Assembly (NCBI GenBank): GCA_040954595.2
Contig: CM082577.2
Location: forward strand, 3,906,305-3,970,304
Length of the DNA: 64,000 bases
Direction: 5' to 3'
Source: Balanoglossus misakiensis
Lineage: Eukaryota > Animalia > Hemichordata
Positions 53,601 to 63,036 of the stretch are shown here, piece after piece. The notes below the pieces were generated by a model. It saw only the letters and a program-made list of their open reading frames with translations, ran no database searches and was not told where the DNA came from. Every line of letters begins with the position of its first letter. The stretch's first letter is position 1. A program made the position numbers and the translations under genes.

Positions 53601-56600
53601 AGTCCTTTGCTTTTCGGAAATCTATGTACACTATGTACACTACGGATAGTGTTTTTACAGCCCCCGACGACGCATCGTTTGATAATAATGATGGAAACGC
53701 GGGACTCTCGCTTTGGGCTAAGCTGTGCAACGATATCACTGTTTACATACTGGCAACGACTTCCCCCAATGACGTCATGTCACGTGGTCTATACGCGGCA
53801 AATACGAATTGAGATTTTTTCTGAGGGACATGAATTTCGACGATTTTATTAATGAATCATTAATTATAGAAAACCACAGCCAAAATATAATGTCTTGATT
53901 TGGATAAAATGGTTATTTTACTAAATGAATCTTTTACACTCAAATGAAATAAAAATAGGTGTAATAATTCCTTTAACGTTTAAACTTTGATGAACGTCAC
54001 TTTGAGCTAAATCCAATTGGCCGTTTATAAATGCGTACTTGATTGACACAAAATAGTCGTGCTTTTGTACAATATTATAAAATACTGACCTAAGTCATAT
54101 CCATTTTGAGTTTTCAAAATAAGGCACAAATATCATTATAACTCAATAATTACTATAATTTGCACAACAAAGAATGTACATATTTCCTATTATAAGTGTC
54201 AGTATGAGTTAAGGGACGTCTGAAAGTGTCACTTTTGACAAAAATTGCCAATTAAAGGGCGTTGTTCGTTAAATCCAGAACATTAAACACCACCGCATAT
54301 GTACATGTACTTGCATGAGCTTTCAACTAATCCTATTGTCGTGGTGGGAGGGAGAGAGAGCGAATGACGTATGTTGCTTTATATTTGAAAAAATAATCTC
54401 GCTTTTTAGCCAATGTCAAAGGATGATCTTTCAGTTAAACGTCACAGTGACCTGAATTCTAAACTTTACGAATGGAGTTACGATGATGATGAAATAGGGA
54501 TCGCATAATTACCAATATCTGTACCCCCCCCCCCAATATCGTATGAACATGGGACGGTTACAATATTCATTTCACACATCAGTCATATTCTGTTAGCTTG
54601 ATGAATTGTTGCGAGGCGTTTTTGTGAATAGTCTGCACAAAAAGAGTTATTATTTATTGAGATAACAGGCAGATGCTTTGCTTGCTATAGGCTTGGCAGT
54701 CTAATCAGATGGCGCGTTGCTGTGGGAGGCAAATATTTGATAGAGGGAAATTATTTTCTTTGTTCCCTCGCCTTTAGAAAAAGAGAAAGCGCTTATCGCC
54801 TTTCAGCTGTCAATCAGAATTCAAGGGCCCAGCCAGCCCAGGGTTTCTTTTTCTAGTAACCATGGTTATCTGTGATAAAATACAAGGAACATACGAAGGC
54901 TAATCTATTGCCATATGGTTCTTTCGAAGTTGTAAAACCCCTGTTCCTGAAGTGATAGAACGGGGCATACGACAATACACAGGACTATCCACAAAGTCCC
55001 TCACCTTGTATACCGAGGCGCAAAGCTTGTCAAATTCTAAATCCCGAGTGCTCGGAGAAGTACTGTATTAAAATTTCCATTTTAATGAAATTTGAAATGG
55101 ATCTCGGTGATCCCATCAAGATCAGACTTGTTAATCTAACCTCTAAACGTGTAATGAAACAAAAAAAACCTGACCGAATACGCTAAACGCCCTCTGGAAG
55201 TAACGGCCTCGTGTATGATCTCGCGATAGACTACACTCACTGAGAGATGCAATCTCTTTCTAGCAGGCACATGTATACTAGTACATATACGAATGCAACT
55301 TTAATATGCCGTATCATAAAAAGGCATGTCTTTAGTATTTAATTCATTTCAAGATTTTCGGAAATATATTTCCTAAGTGGCCACACCCATCTAAAATATA
55401 AGTATAGGACAAATTCTGTATTTATAAATAGAAATGTTCACGGACATTCGCTTTCTATGAGCCACGAATACTCTGTGGTCACTTCCGGTGCAAGTTCCGG
55501 TTATGGAACGCGCATTGCTGTCTGGGTAACTACAAGTATACACTCACGATTTACAAGTCCACAATATCACAAACGGAAATATAAATAGATGTCGTGTGAT
55601 TCCCTTGCAGCGAGATAGACGCGTTTGTCTACGATTCAGCCGTACTCGAAAACATGCAGGACAAGGATCCGACGTGCAATCTGATCATGGTGGGCAAAGT
55701 GTACGGTACAACGGGGTTTGCTGTCGCCTTCACGAAGGGATCGCCGTGGAAAGCAGAATTCGACAGACAACTTTTAATATACGATGACCTGGGTAAGAGG
55801 GGAGTACTTCATATCAGAGACCATGTCATTACTTTTAGTTCGCCAAACTTTCTCATTGATTAACAACTCGATATGTTCAAGTTCGGCTTGTACTAGTAGA
55901 CCGACCCCATTACAAAAACTGACCCGTGTGTTTTATTTCGTTTGTAGGTGTCCTCGACAAACTGCGCCACAAGTGGATAGAGGGCGTGTGTAACAATAAA
56001 AACAACCGCAAAGAGAGCAGCCGATTGAACGTGGAGAACTTTGCCGGGGCTTTTTATCTGCTGATCGCCACCGTGGCCATCAGCTGCCTCATCTTTACGT
56101 GTGAATGTCTTTGCAACCGACGTCTTCCAAGGTGTTTTACCAAGAGAACCAGGAAAATGGGATTTCTGACGTTGATCAGTGAGGTGGGTCGTGCGGACAA
56201 CATCCGAAGCTGGATGTTGGTGGAAACCTAATTTCTCCAACTGTGACATTCGACCTTCTATTTAGACCCTAACCAATGTATTCGCAAAATGCTGTCAACC
56301 TTTACAAGATAACGCTCTTTTTTCACTAGTTTTTTTAAGGGGGTGTTTGGTAGCTTTTAATAGGGGGGTTGACAAAGGCCTAATTCGCACCATTTATAGT
56401 CTATGCATATCAAATTCTTAATAGACACGTACCTCATCATCTTCTTTCTTTCTTTCTTTCTTTCTTTCATTCTTTCTTTCTTTCTTTCTTTCGTGCATTA
56501 TTTTCTGCTGTACTTGCGCCACAATGCTGTCTCCTAGAACAAACCATATGACACGTTTTGGATTACTTTGTTGTTGTCTGTTTTTTCATTATTAAACTCA

Positions 56601-57455
56601 CGCATCTTTTCTCATGTTATCAACAACAGCAAACTACAAGCCTGCTGGGAATGCACAGTAAAGAAGAAAGGCGACAGATACAGTTGCGGAGATGTAAAAA
56701 CAAAAGCTGCTCAGATATGAGAGAGAAACTGCAAGACACTGAAAAAATGATACGAGATATGGAAAACCATCTGCGGCAGAGGTAGGCCTGCCAAACAGTT
56801 TGATTTGGGGCGTGTCAGGTGCCGACCGACCATGGCCAGTGACGAAAGACGGTCTCATGAGAAAAAATGGTCGATAAAATTGATGAATAATTTTCTCTTG
56901 TATACAACTCATGGCAGTGTGCAAGCGTAGATCCTCGAAGGTTTGCGGTGCAAAGAAGTGGCACAACGATATAAAAGATATATGTATGTCGAACACGTGT
57001 GCACACCATGGCGAACGTTGGTCCCGTTTGGCATTGCGTTTGACCTACATTACAACAGGCTTTGAGATGCATACTTTGGATGACGGCGTTGCATCAAGCA
57101 ACGCTGTCATCTAGCTCGAAAATTGTCACAGTACTTTGTTACAAACTGACATGTATACTTGATTCTTCTAAACTGCCAAATTTATATCGTTGTTTTTTCA
57201 TACTGTCCGTATGAACTCGTCACCAGTTTAAACTGCCATGTTAAATTTAAAAAGTTTGCCGATTGGAATGAGTCACTCTTACCCATTTCTCTTCGCAGGA
57301 AAAACAACGGAGTCATAAAAAGCTTTCAAAGAAAATCTTACCAGGATGAAATGGACTCCAACTCTTCCTTGGCGAGGAATTTGCTGCTGCACACGGACGA
57401 AACGGACTGCAATGAACACGAGCCCGACTTTCAGTTCCAGGAATCGTCAGTGTAG
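12898..57455 (+). CDS. GRIN2: NMDA-type ionotropic glutamate receptor GluN2-like subunit, paralog 2 (complete, about 1004 aa). Exons 12898-13431, 42598-43317, 43640-43848, 49224-49531, 50253-50387, 50602-50822, 51276-51436, 55611-55792, 55948-56183, 56630-56781, 57299-57455
   Basis: Signal peptide MFRFVGLLTLFAVFLLCKCGG. ATD LPVISL..|TTSPTVLQFAASLTQQ..W (GluN2 'FFQFGASIQQQ' type). S1 IVALVEVPF, MCCSGYCIELL, WNGIIRDL..DR..VVDFSVPF; pore WGILFNNSVP; M3 MYTGNLAAHMI; S2 FGTVAQTSVE, VYDSAVL; M4 ENFAGAFYLL; end ESSV*. All joins are GT-AG and in phase (3015 nt). The link between exon 1 and exon 2 across 29 kb is inferred from protein continuity. Confidence 0.92.
13660..13804. mobile_element. Short PIF/Harbinger-like MITE with an eroded left end
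   Basis: ACTGGTCAGTTTCCTTGGC..GGGGGCGG pairs with CCGCCCCCTGCCGAAGAAACTGACCAGTCCC, which is followed by TAA. Confidence 0.6.
17589..17635. repeat. (GTC)n(GTT)n microsatellite
   Basis: Direct reading of the trinucleotide run. Confidence 0.9.
19512..19862. mobile_element. MITE-like element with imperfect TIRs; a related fragment lies in reverse orientation at about 38751-38826
   Basis: GAATTCTGGCTGCCTTGAATAGGTTTTT..CTAGG versus CCTAGGTAGCAAAAACCTATTAAAGGCAGGGAGAATTC. 38751-38826 (AATAGGCTTTTGCTACCTAGG..TTTCAAGATGGCGGA) resembles the reverse complement of 19778-19850. Confidence 0.55.
25896..26990. mobile_element. PIF/Harbinger (Tourist-like) non-autonomous element, 1095 bp, with an internal 229-bp tandem duplication
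   Basis: About 40-bp TIR GGGAGCATTCGTTTTTTACAGGGAGGGGGGGGCCGGTGGAA with a near-perfect inverse at the right end. TAA TSD at 25893-25895 and 26991-26993. Internal repeat units start at 26120 and 26349. Confidence 0.9.
27772..27833. repeat. 31-bp tandem duplication
   Basis: GTTTACTTTGCCGAACGAGA(T/A)CAGCGAGAGA twice. Confidence 0.9.
32451..32502. repeat. (ATTC)n microsatellite
   Basis: Direct reading. Confidence 0.9.
40710..40779. repeat. Compound (GTCT)/(GCCT) microsatellite
   Basis: Direct reading. Confidence 0.85.
46254..47462. repeat. Composite repeat block in intron 3 of paralog 2: about 120-bp units with CCAAT/GC-box/CRE motifs, a duplicated segment of about 100 bp, a Tc1-MITE end and a 44-bp inverted repeat
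   Basis: The unit ATGGAATAGTAATGGC..CTATTGGTTGGTCGC..CTCCGCCCAATGATTGACGTCACATATC recurs. 46254-46355 resembles 47047-47146. ATATGAATTAAAGTTATGTAGCACTCTTTGATCAACAGTTGAAA (46896-46939) is inverted at 47419-47462 and partly at 46998-47035. Confidence 0.85.
52923..53196 (+). pseudogene. Frameshifted 5' remnant of a KolX / P2X7-ballast-like cysteine-rich protein gene
   Basis: ATG, an acidic Ser-rich stretch (DSDSSDGE), QPYRFEP (53043-53063) and RVGNIDW (53177-53197) followed by a TG|gtgaat donor, in different frames. The family assignment is from memory of these motifs. Confidence 0.5.
53573..53686 (-). pseudogene. THAP-domain N-terminal remnant (transposase 5' end) inside the Kolobok element
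   Basis: Translates to IIKRCVVGGCKNTIRSVHSVHRFPKSKGLREKWERFVQ, i.e. the THAP CxxxGC..H.FP......W pattern. No ATG, and the distal Cys/His are missing. Confidence 0.75.
56441..56492. repeat. (TTTC)n microsatellite
   Basis: Direct reading. Confidence 0.85.
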
Positions 57456-57891
57456 CGGTCCGTCTTTTGGGGCGTGGCGTTTCAGTCCAGAAATGTGACG
57501 GGAATGACTCAAATGGGTTGCGGCTCGCTCCTGTGCCCGAATGGGAACGTTCCCACGTTCTCTACCGTCAGAAGTGTGTAACGCGTTTACGGGTAGGGAC
57601 ACGTCAGACCAGTGGCGACAACTTCGTGCCTCAGCTAAGGGCTCAGCACCGAACGTGATCCCGCCCCGGATTGGTATCCGTCGTGACACTGGCCCACCAC
57701 CTGTTCGTTGGTTGGTGACCGCTCCGATGAACCAATGAAAAACACTCTTAGTTAAACGGGTCTGTGTACGAGTCGTTGATTTTGATTGGTTAGACGTTCA
57801 CCAGGTGGATTTTGTAGCCTAGAGGTCATTTGACGAGACTTGCCGAGGGAATTTATGAACGTTTTCCATCAACTGACAAGTCCATGAGCGA

Positions 57892-57909
57892 GACCACGAG
57901 AGGGCGCTC
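57892..57909 (+). promoter_or_regulatory. CTCF-like binding motif
   Basis: GACCACGAGAGGGCGCTC matches the CTCF core CCAC(C/G)AG(A/G)GGGCGC. Confidence 0.45.
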
Positions 57910-59444
57910 TATTGTATGTCTCAACATACCAGTATGCAATGGTTAGCACTCCAGTATTTGATGACAATTTATTATCGATAGACATTAAGTAAAGATTCCC
58001 CACCCAATACCAGACTCCAAGTTGCTGGATTTAATAAGTTTAAACCACACAAATTATATACCAACATGACAGTATTATATACTGAAACCACTGCAAAAGG
58101 ACACCCCTCTATAAATAGACACACCAATCAATTTTATACTTGTTCCAAACAGCAAACTCCAGTGGAAATTACCAGTGTGACAATTTGGTCAATCTTTCGC
58201 ACAAAGTTACAATTGTTTGCAGCCCGACCCATGTATACATACAATTAGTATCTGGGGTGCATGCGTTGATTGCAATGCATAATAACAAAATCAAAATCAT
58301 TTCTAGTCAAAAGATAGAATTCTTCTCAGTAAACAAACCAGCCCCCCCCCAAAAAAAAAAGTCATTGGTGCCCTTGGCAACCAATGGTATATTGAAACCT
58401 TCTAGAACCCTTAGAAATAATTACAAGTATTCGGAACAGCTATGGGTAATGTAAAAGATCTCTAACTAACTAACTAAATAAAATACTACTATTAGAAAAT
58501 AAACAACCGGATAGGTTTTGCCTTGGTCGGCATTTGAATATTTATATGACACACATGGCCAAAACCCTGGGCCTTTAACTTACTGAAAGGCAAGAATAAA
58601 TTAAACAATAACTCTGAAACATCATACAAGTGTAAGATTAAAACTAACTCTTCTTGTGTGAATGAGACTAATTTTAGAAATATGCAATACTAATAAATTT
58701 GGAAATTTACTGTTTCTCCGATAAGTTTTGGATAACTAAGGCACTTAATGTGTATTTGAGTTTTTGATTCCAAATTATATTTGAGAATTCAATTTCTCAC
58801 AAGAAAGATATAAAAAGAAAAAAACAACTGGTATGTCAAATTTTCAATTGTGGAAATTTGACAGGTTTGCTGTTACATTTGATTAACCCCCCCCCCCCCC
58901 CACCCATACACACACACATGGTCAAGGTCATTTTGTCACTTTCACCAACACTTGTGACCTTACCAGATCTCATCAGTCAACAGAGTATGTGTATAGTCAA
59001 GGCCAACAAATTAACTCAGGTTTTCCCCCATGTATCTAGCGTGAGAATGGTCGGCCAAGTATTATCACACTGGAAATATAAAACATCGTGAATCACGATC
59101 AAATGAACTGACCAGCTCAGAAATTTAGTTTTCAACTTCTTGAGTAGACCTATGTTTTGTTTTTATGACATTTGCAATAAAATGCAAAATAATTACTTTT
59201 AAGGTGAGCATTGTGCAGATTGCTTTTTCATTTTAGCGAAATATCAAAGTGTTCCAACCCCCTTCATGGCCACATGCCAAATGATCCTATTGTTTTTAAA
59301 GTCCATTTGTGCCCATACACACACTCAGTGTTTGGTATTCACGCCAGTGTGTTGCGCCCTCTTGAGTTCAAAATGTGCACATTTGACAAGCACTGCATGG
59401 CAGACACAGACAAGTCACTCAGAACTTCAGGTGGCATGATTAAT

Positions 59445-60823
59445 TCACTCCAGCTGAAGTCGACTGCGGTGGAGGTCGCCAACCACATCTCTCATCTGAA
59501 GCATGGTCTGACAGCTGATCTGCAACTGGGCCAGAGTGGTCGTGATCTCGTTCAGAACTTTGTCCTGGGAGGGTGTCAAAGAAAAGATGAAAGGTATCAC
59601 TCACTCTCAGAGTCCATTACCATCATTGCACACATTTAATTGTGACTTGAGGTTTCACAATAAGGGTGACAAACAGGGTCTGGTTTGGGAGTTTACTCAC
59701 CAGTTCTCCGTCTGACAGATCCAAGTTAGCTATCCAGTCAATATTATCCAGGTTACCATTGAGCTGTGCCAGACACTTGGCCAGCATGGGGAAGAGCCCC
59801 GCTACAAACTTGTGATGCGTGGCTTCGATCTTCAAGCCTTCTCCGACCGTCGGCTGCTGCAGTCGGTTGATGATGATGTCCTTGTGCTTGATCACCGACT
59901 GCAGGTGTTTGCTCAGTTCGTTCAGTTTGCCAATTCTTCTCTCTGCAAGTGGACAAAAAAGCCTAATACTGTTGTTTTGTGTATCTAGTGCAGTCAGTCG
60001 ATAAATGCATGCAGTCAGCATTGTTAAATTGGCAACTGTAAAAAAAATGTGATGACCGTCAGATTACTGATTCATTAGAACTTACCGAGATGATCCAGGT
60101 GGGTTATGTCCTTAGTCGCTTTGTCCATGATGATTTGATTGACTTCCAAGTCAACCTGTAAAATCAATGACAAGATTAGAAGTCAGTTGACAATATGTAG
60201 TATAACACATGGTTTACCCCCAGTGCCCAGCCTCTGCAGGTCAACCAACCACACTCGCACACAATGTACATGAATGTCAAGTCACACATCCCCTACCTTG
60301 TACAGTTGCTTCCTCTTTCCTTCAATGCCTTTCAGAACTTGTATCAAATGAAGAGATGGTGAATGCTCTTTAACTTCCATTGCCACAGCTGCGATTTCAT
60401 TGTCTCTTCTCTGAAAGTTAAAGTTGGAAAAACAATCACCATCCGGTTGAACGTGTTGACACACGATGGAGCTTGCTTGTCGGTCGTTGTAGTGGCGTAT
60501 GTTGAGTGAATGACTTGCAAAATCATTGCACGCCATTGTTTGTGTTATCAAAATTATGGTAAAACTAACAGTCTGATCTTCAAGCTTGCCTACTTTCCAG
60601 TATCCGACTGGCGACAGAGACGAAATCCCGGATATTGAAATATCATGTCAACAATAACAAAACGAAGGTAAGTTCATTCAAGGTCGAACGCTCACGAAAC
60701 CATAAAACTTACCCGTCGTAGGTGCCCAGTCCTTTCGGCCAGTGTCAAAACATTTCCAAGTGCCCCTAATGACTTCTCCTCTGAAATCCAGGGGTTTGGT
60801 GCTCCTAGGAATCTTTCAGTCAT
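59445..60823 (-). CDS. HAUS2: HAUS augmin-like complex subunit 2 (about 218 aa). Exons 60823-60713, 60410-60297, 60155-60086, 59942-59701, 59564-59445
   Basis: In-phase GT-AG exons (657 nt). N-terminal NPW; DKATKDITH; HLQSVIKHKDIIINRLQQP..LKIEATHHKFV matches the HAUS2/CEP27 pattern as remembered (NPW; EKDTADVVH; HLEAVLKEK..RLLKP..LPIEAVYHRY). Confidence 0.85.
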
Positions 60824-60867
60824 GATAAACACGGCACAACACGTTTTACTCTGAGAGGAAAACAAAC

Positions 60868-60946
60868 TTCAAACTTCCGCGCCAGCAGCCATCTTGGGTT
60901 TTACCCACAATGCCCTGGTGTGTTGCGATTCAGTTCCGACGGAAAC
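60868..60946. promoter_or_regulatory. Core of the bidirectional promoter between HAUS2 and FTCDNL1-like
   Basis: ETS-like ACTTCCG (60873-60879), YY1-like GCCATCTT (60888-60895) and ZNF143/Staf-like TACCCACAATGCCCTG (60902-60917) are clustered between the divergent genes. Confidence 0.6.
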
Positions 60947-61650
60947 TTCTTCGCAACATAAATAAACGATTTGTGACATCAAACAACAAACCACGTGGCA
61001 AACTTTCCCCATCAATATGTGTGAAAAAAGAATGCGCAGGATTTTTCTTGTAATCGGTAGCGGGTGCCAAATGGGAAGAACAACCTCATTTGTACGAGGG
61101 ATGTGGATAGCGCCCTCGTATGGTGCTGATGTGCGGATCAAGAGCCGGGCACTATCCCTTGTGGTGTAATTTTGGAATGCATCGTTTAGTTCTAGCACGG
61201 TCACCTGTGGAGTGACCGTGGTTCTAGAGCACTGCTAAGTTGTATATTTCTTCATTCTGCTACACACTTTAATATATGAAACATCCCACTCGCACTCCAG
61301 CTGGTCAGTACATGTACGTAGCTGCTATGCCTCCACACACACACGTACACACACACTCACCCATTTAGTACCAGTATGAGTTTTGCTTCGATTGATGTGG
61401 CTTTGTGTGTGGAGTAATGTATATAAAGAGGTAATTATGTTTGATTTGTATGATTGAAGTCACACATTATAAACACAGTTATACATAATTAAAATTAAGT
61501 CATTAAAAATTTGATAGGAAATTATACTTCAATTACCGGTATACGATAATTCATGTAGATTGATGCAGACATGATAATTTCAGTGAAAATACTCCTGAGT
61601 ATTGTAAAACCCAGTTTTTCTTTTGTCTTTTTTGCAGCCCTGAACACAAG

Positions 61651-63036
61651 ATGAAGAGACTTGCTATTTGTTTATTGAATGTGTCCGAGGCAAAAAATAT
61701 TGAAATAATTGAAAATATTGCAAAGGCAGCAGTTAGCCATGGAAATAATCATGAATCAGACCAACAGGATATGTCAGGTAAGCAGAGCCAGGAAGGAGAT
61801 TGTTTGTGGTTTCTGTATTCTTTGGTCAGAGTTGACAGAAAATTACCTTTCTGTTTCAGAGGAGAAGATCAAATCAACAGTTCTGAATATCTTCAATGAC
61901 CAAGACTACAATCGCACAGTGGTAACCATAGCAGCACCCATCCATCACCTAGGCAACAGTTTGTATCACGCCTGCAAGAGGGCATATGAACTGATTGACC
62001 TCTCTGGCCATTCCGGAGGTCATCCCAGACTGGGAGCGGTTGACTTGATTCCCGTGCATCCGTTGTCAGATGATGTAACTCTGGATGAGTGTGGAGAGCT
62101 GGCAAGAGGTAGAAAGCAGAATTCTGTCTTTCATCACAAAATACAGAAAAAAATACATGACCATTCAAAAAATGTATAAGCTCTCTCCCTCCCTCCCTCC
62201 TCCTCCACCCTTACCTGCATCTGTAAATTAAGTGTAAATTGTAATTATTGCATTTTTTTCCTACATTCATGTTCTCCATCACAGGTCTTGCCACAAGATT
62301 GGCAGAGGACATCCCGGGTTCCTCCTTCTTTCTGTTTGGCCATGCTGACAAGTCTAATCCCCGGGGACTGGTGGAGAGACGGAAGGAAGTGGGTTGGTTC
62401 GCTGGTCGCCATGGATTCCAGCACAAAGAGTTGAAGTATGACATTGGCGCAGCCCCAACTGCTAGATACGGATTGACTGGTAAATGCAGATCATTGAACT
62501 TTTGCTTTGAATCTTTGTAAAGTATCAGGTGACGTTGTAGGCTAGTTCTCAAGACTTAACTCTGTTTATATATTTATATACATTCAGGTATTGGTGCAAT
62601 TCCATACATGATGAACTGCAATGTCACCATAGATACAGAAGATCTGCAGTTGGGTCGAGATATTGCCATGGCGATCAGGGGCTCGTCTCCGGGAGGTCTA
62701 CCCGGTGTGCAGTCGATGGCTTTCAGACACCAGGGCAAAATTGAAATCGCTTGCAACGTCCAATCCTTTTTGCTCGGTGAAGGTCAAAGGTCACCTGGAA
62801 GTGCTTCCACGGCTACCAATAATTATGATCAACTTCAGACATTTGGCAGACATTCGTACGTTCCCGGTGAAGCTGTGGAAGCCAGGGTCCGAGAACTGGC
62901 TGCTGGCAAGGATGTGGACACTGAAGGGATGGCCCTTCTTGGATTTGAACCCAAGACAGCCTTAGAGCTTGCCACAGAAGCTCTGACAACCGGACAAAAG
63001 ATGTTCTGGATAAACCGTCAAAGTCGAACAATGTGA
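61651..63036 (+). CDS. FTCDNL1: Formiminotransferase-domain protein, FTCDNL1-like (about 339 aa). Exons 61651-61777, 61860-62108, 62285-62479, 62588-63036
   Basis: CLLNVSEA, VLNIFNDQDYNRTVVT, IDLSGHSGGHPRLGAVDLIPVHPL, GLTGIGAIPYMMNCNV, GLPGVQSMAF..IEIACN are formiminotransferase signatures. In-phase GT-AG joins (1020 nt). An acceptor AG ending at 61637 implies a non-coding 5' exon. Confidence 0.88.

Larger units (their letters stand above)
52667..53972. mobile_element. Non-autonomous Kolobok-type DNA transposon (1306 bp)
   Basis: TTAA on both sides (52663-52666, 53973-53976). TIRs AGAGTTTATTACACCTAT and AGGAATTATTACACCTAT (reverse complement of the right end). Subterminal inverted TGACGTCATTGGGG motifs. 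Internal THAP and KolX-like coding remnants. Confidence 0.75.
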
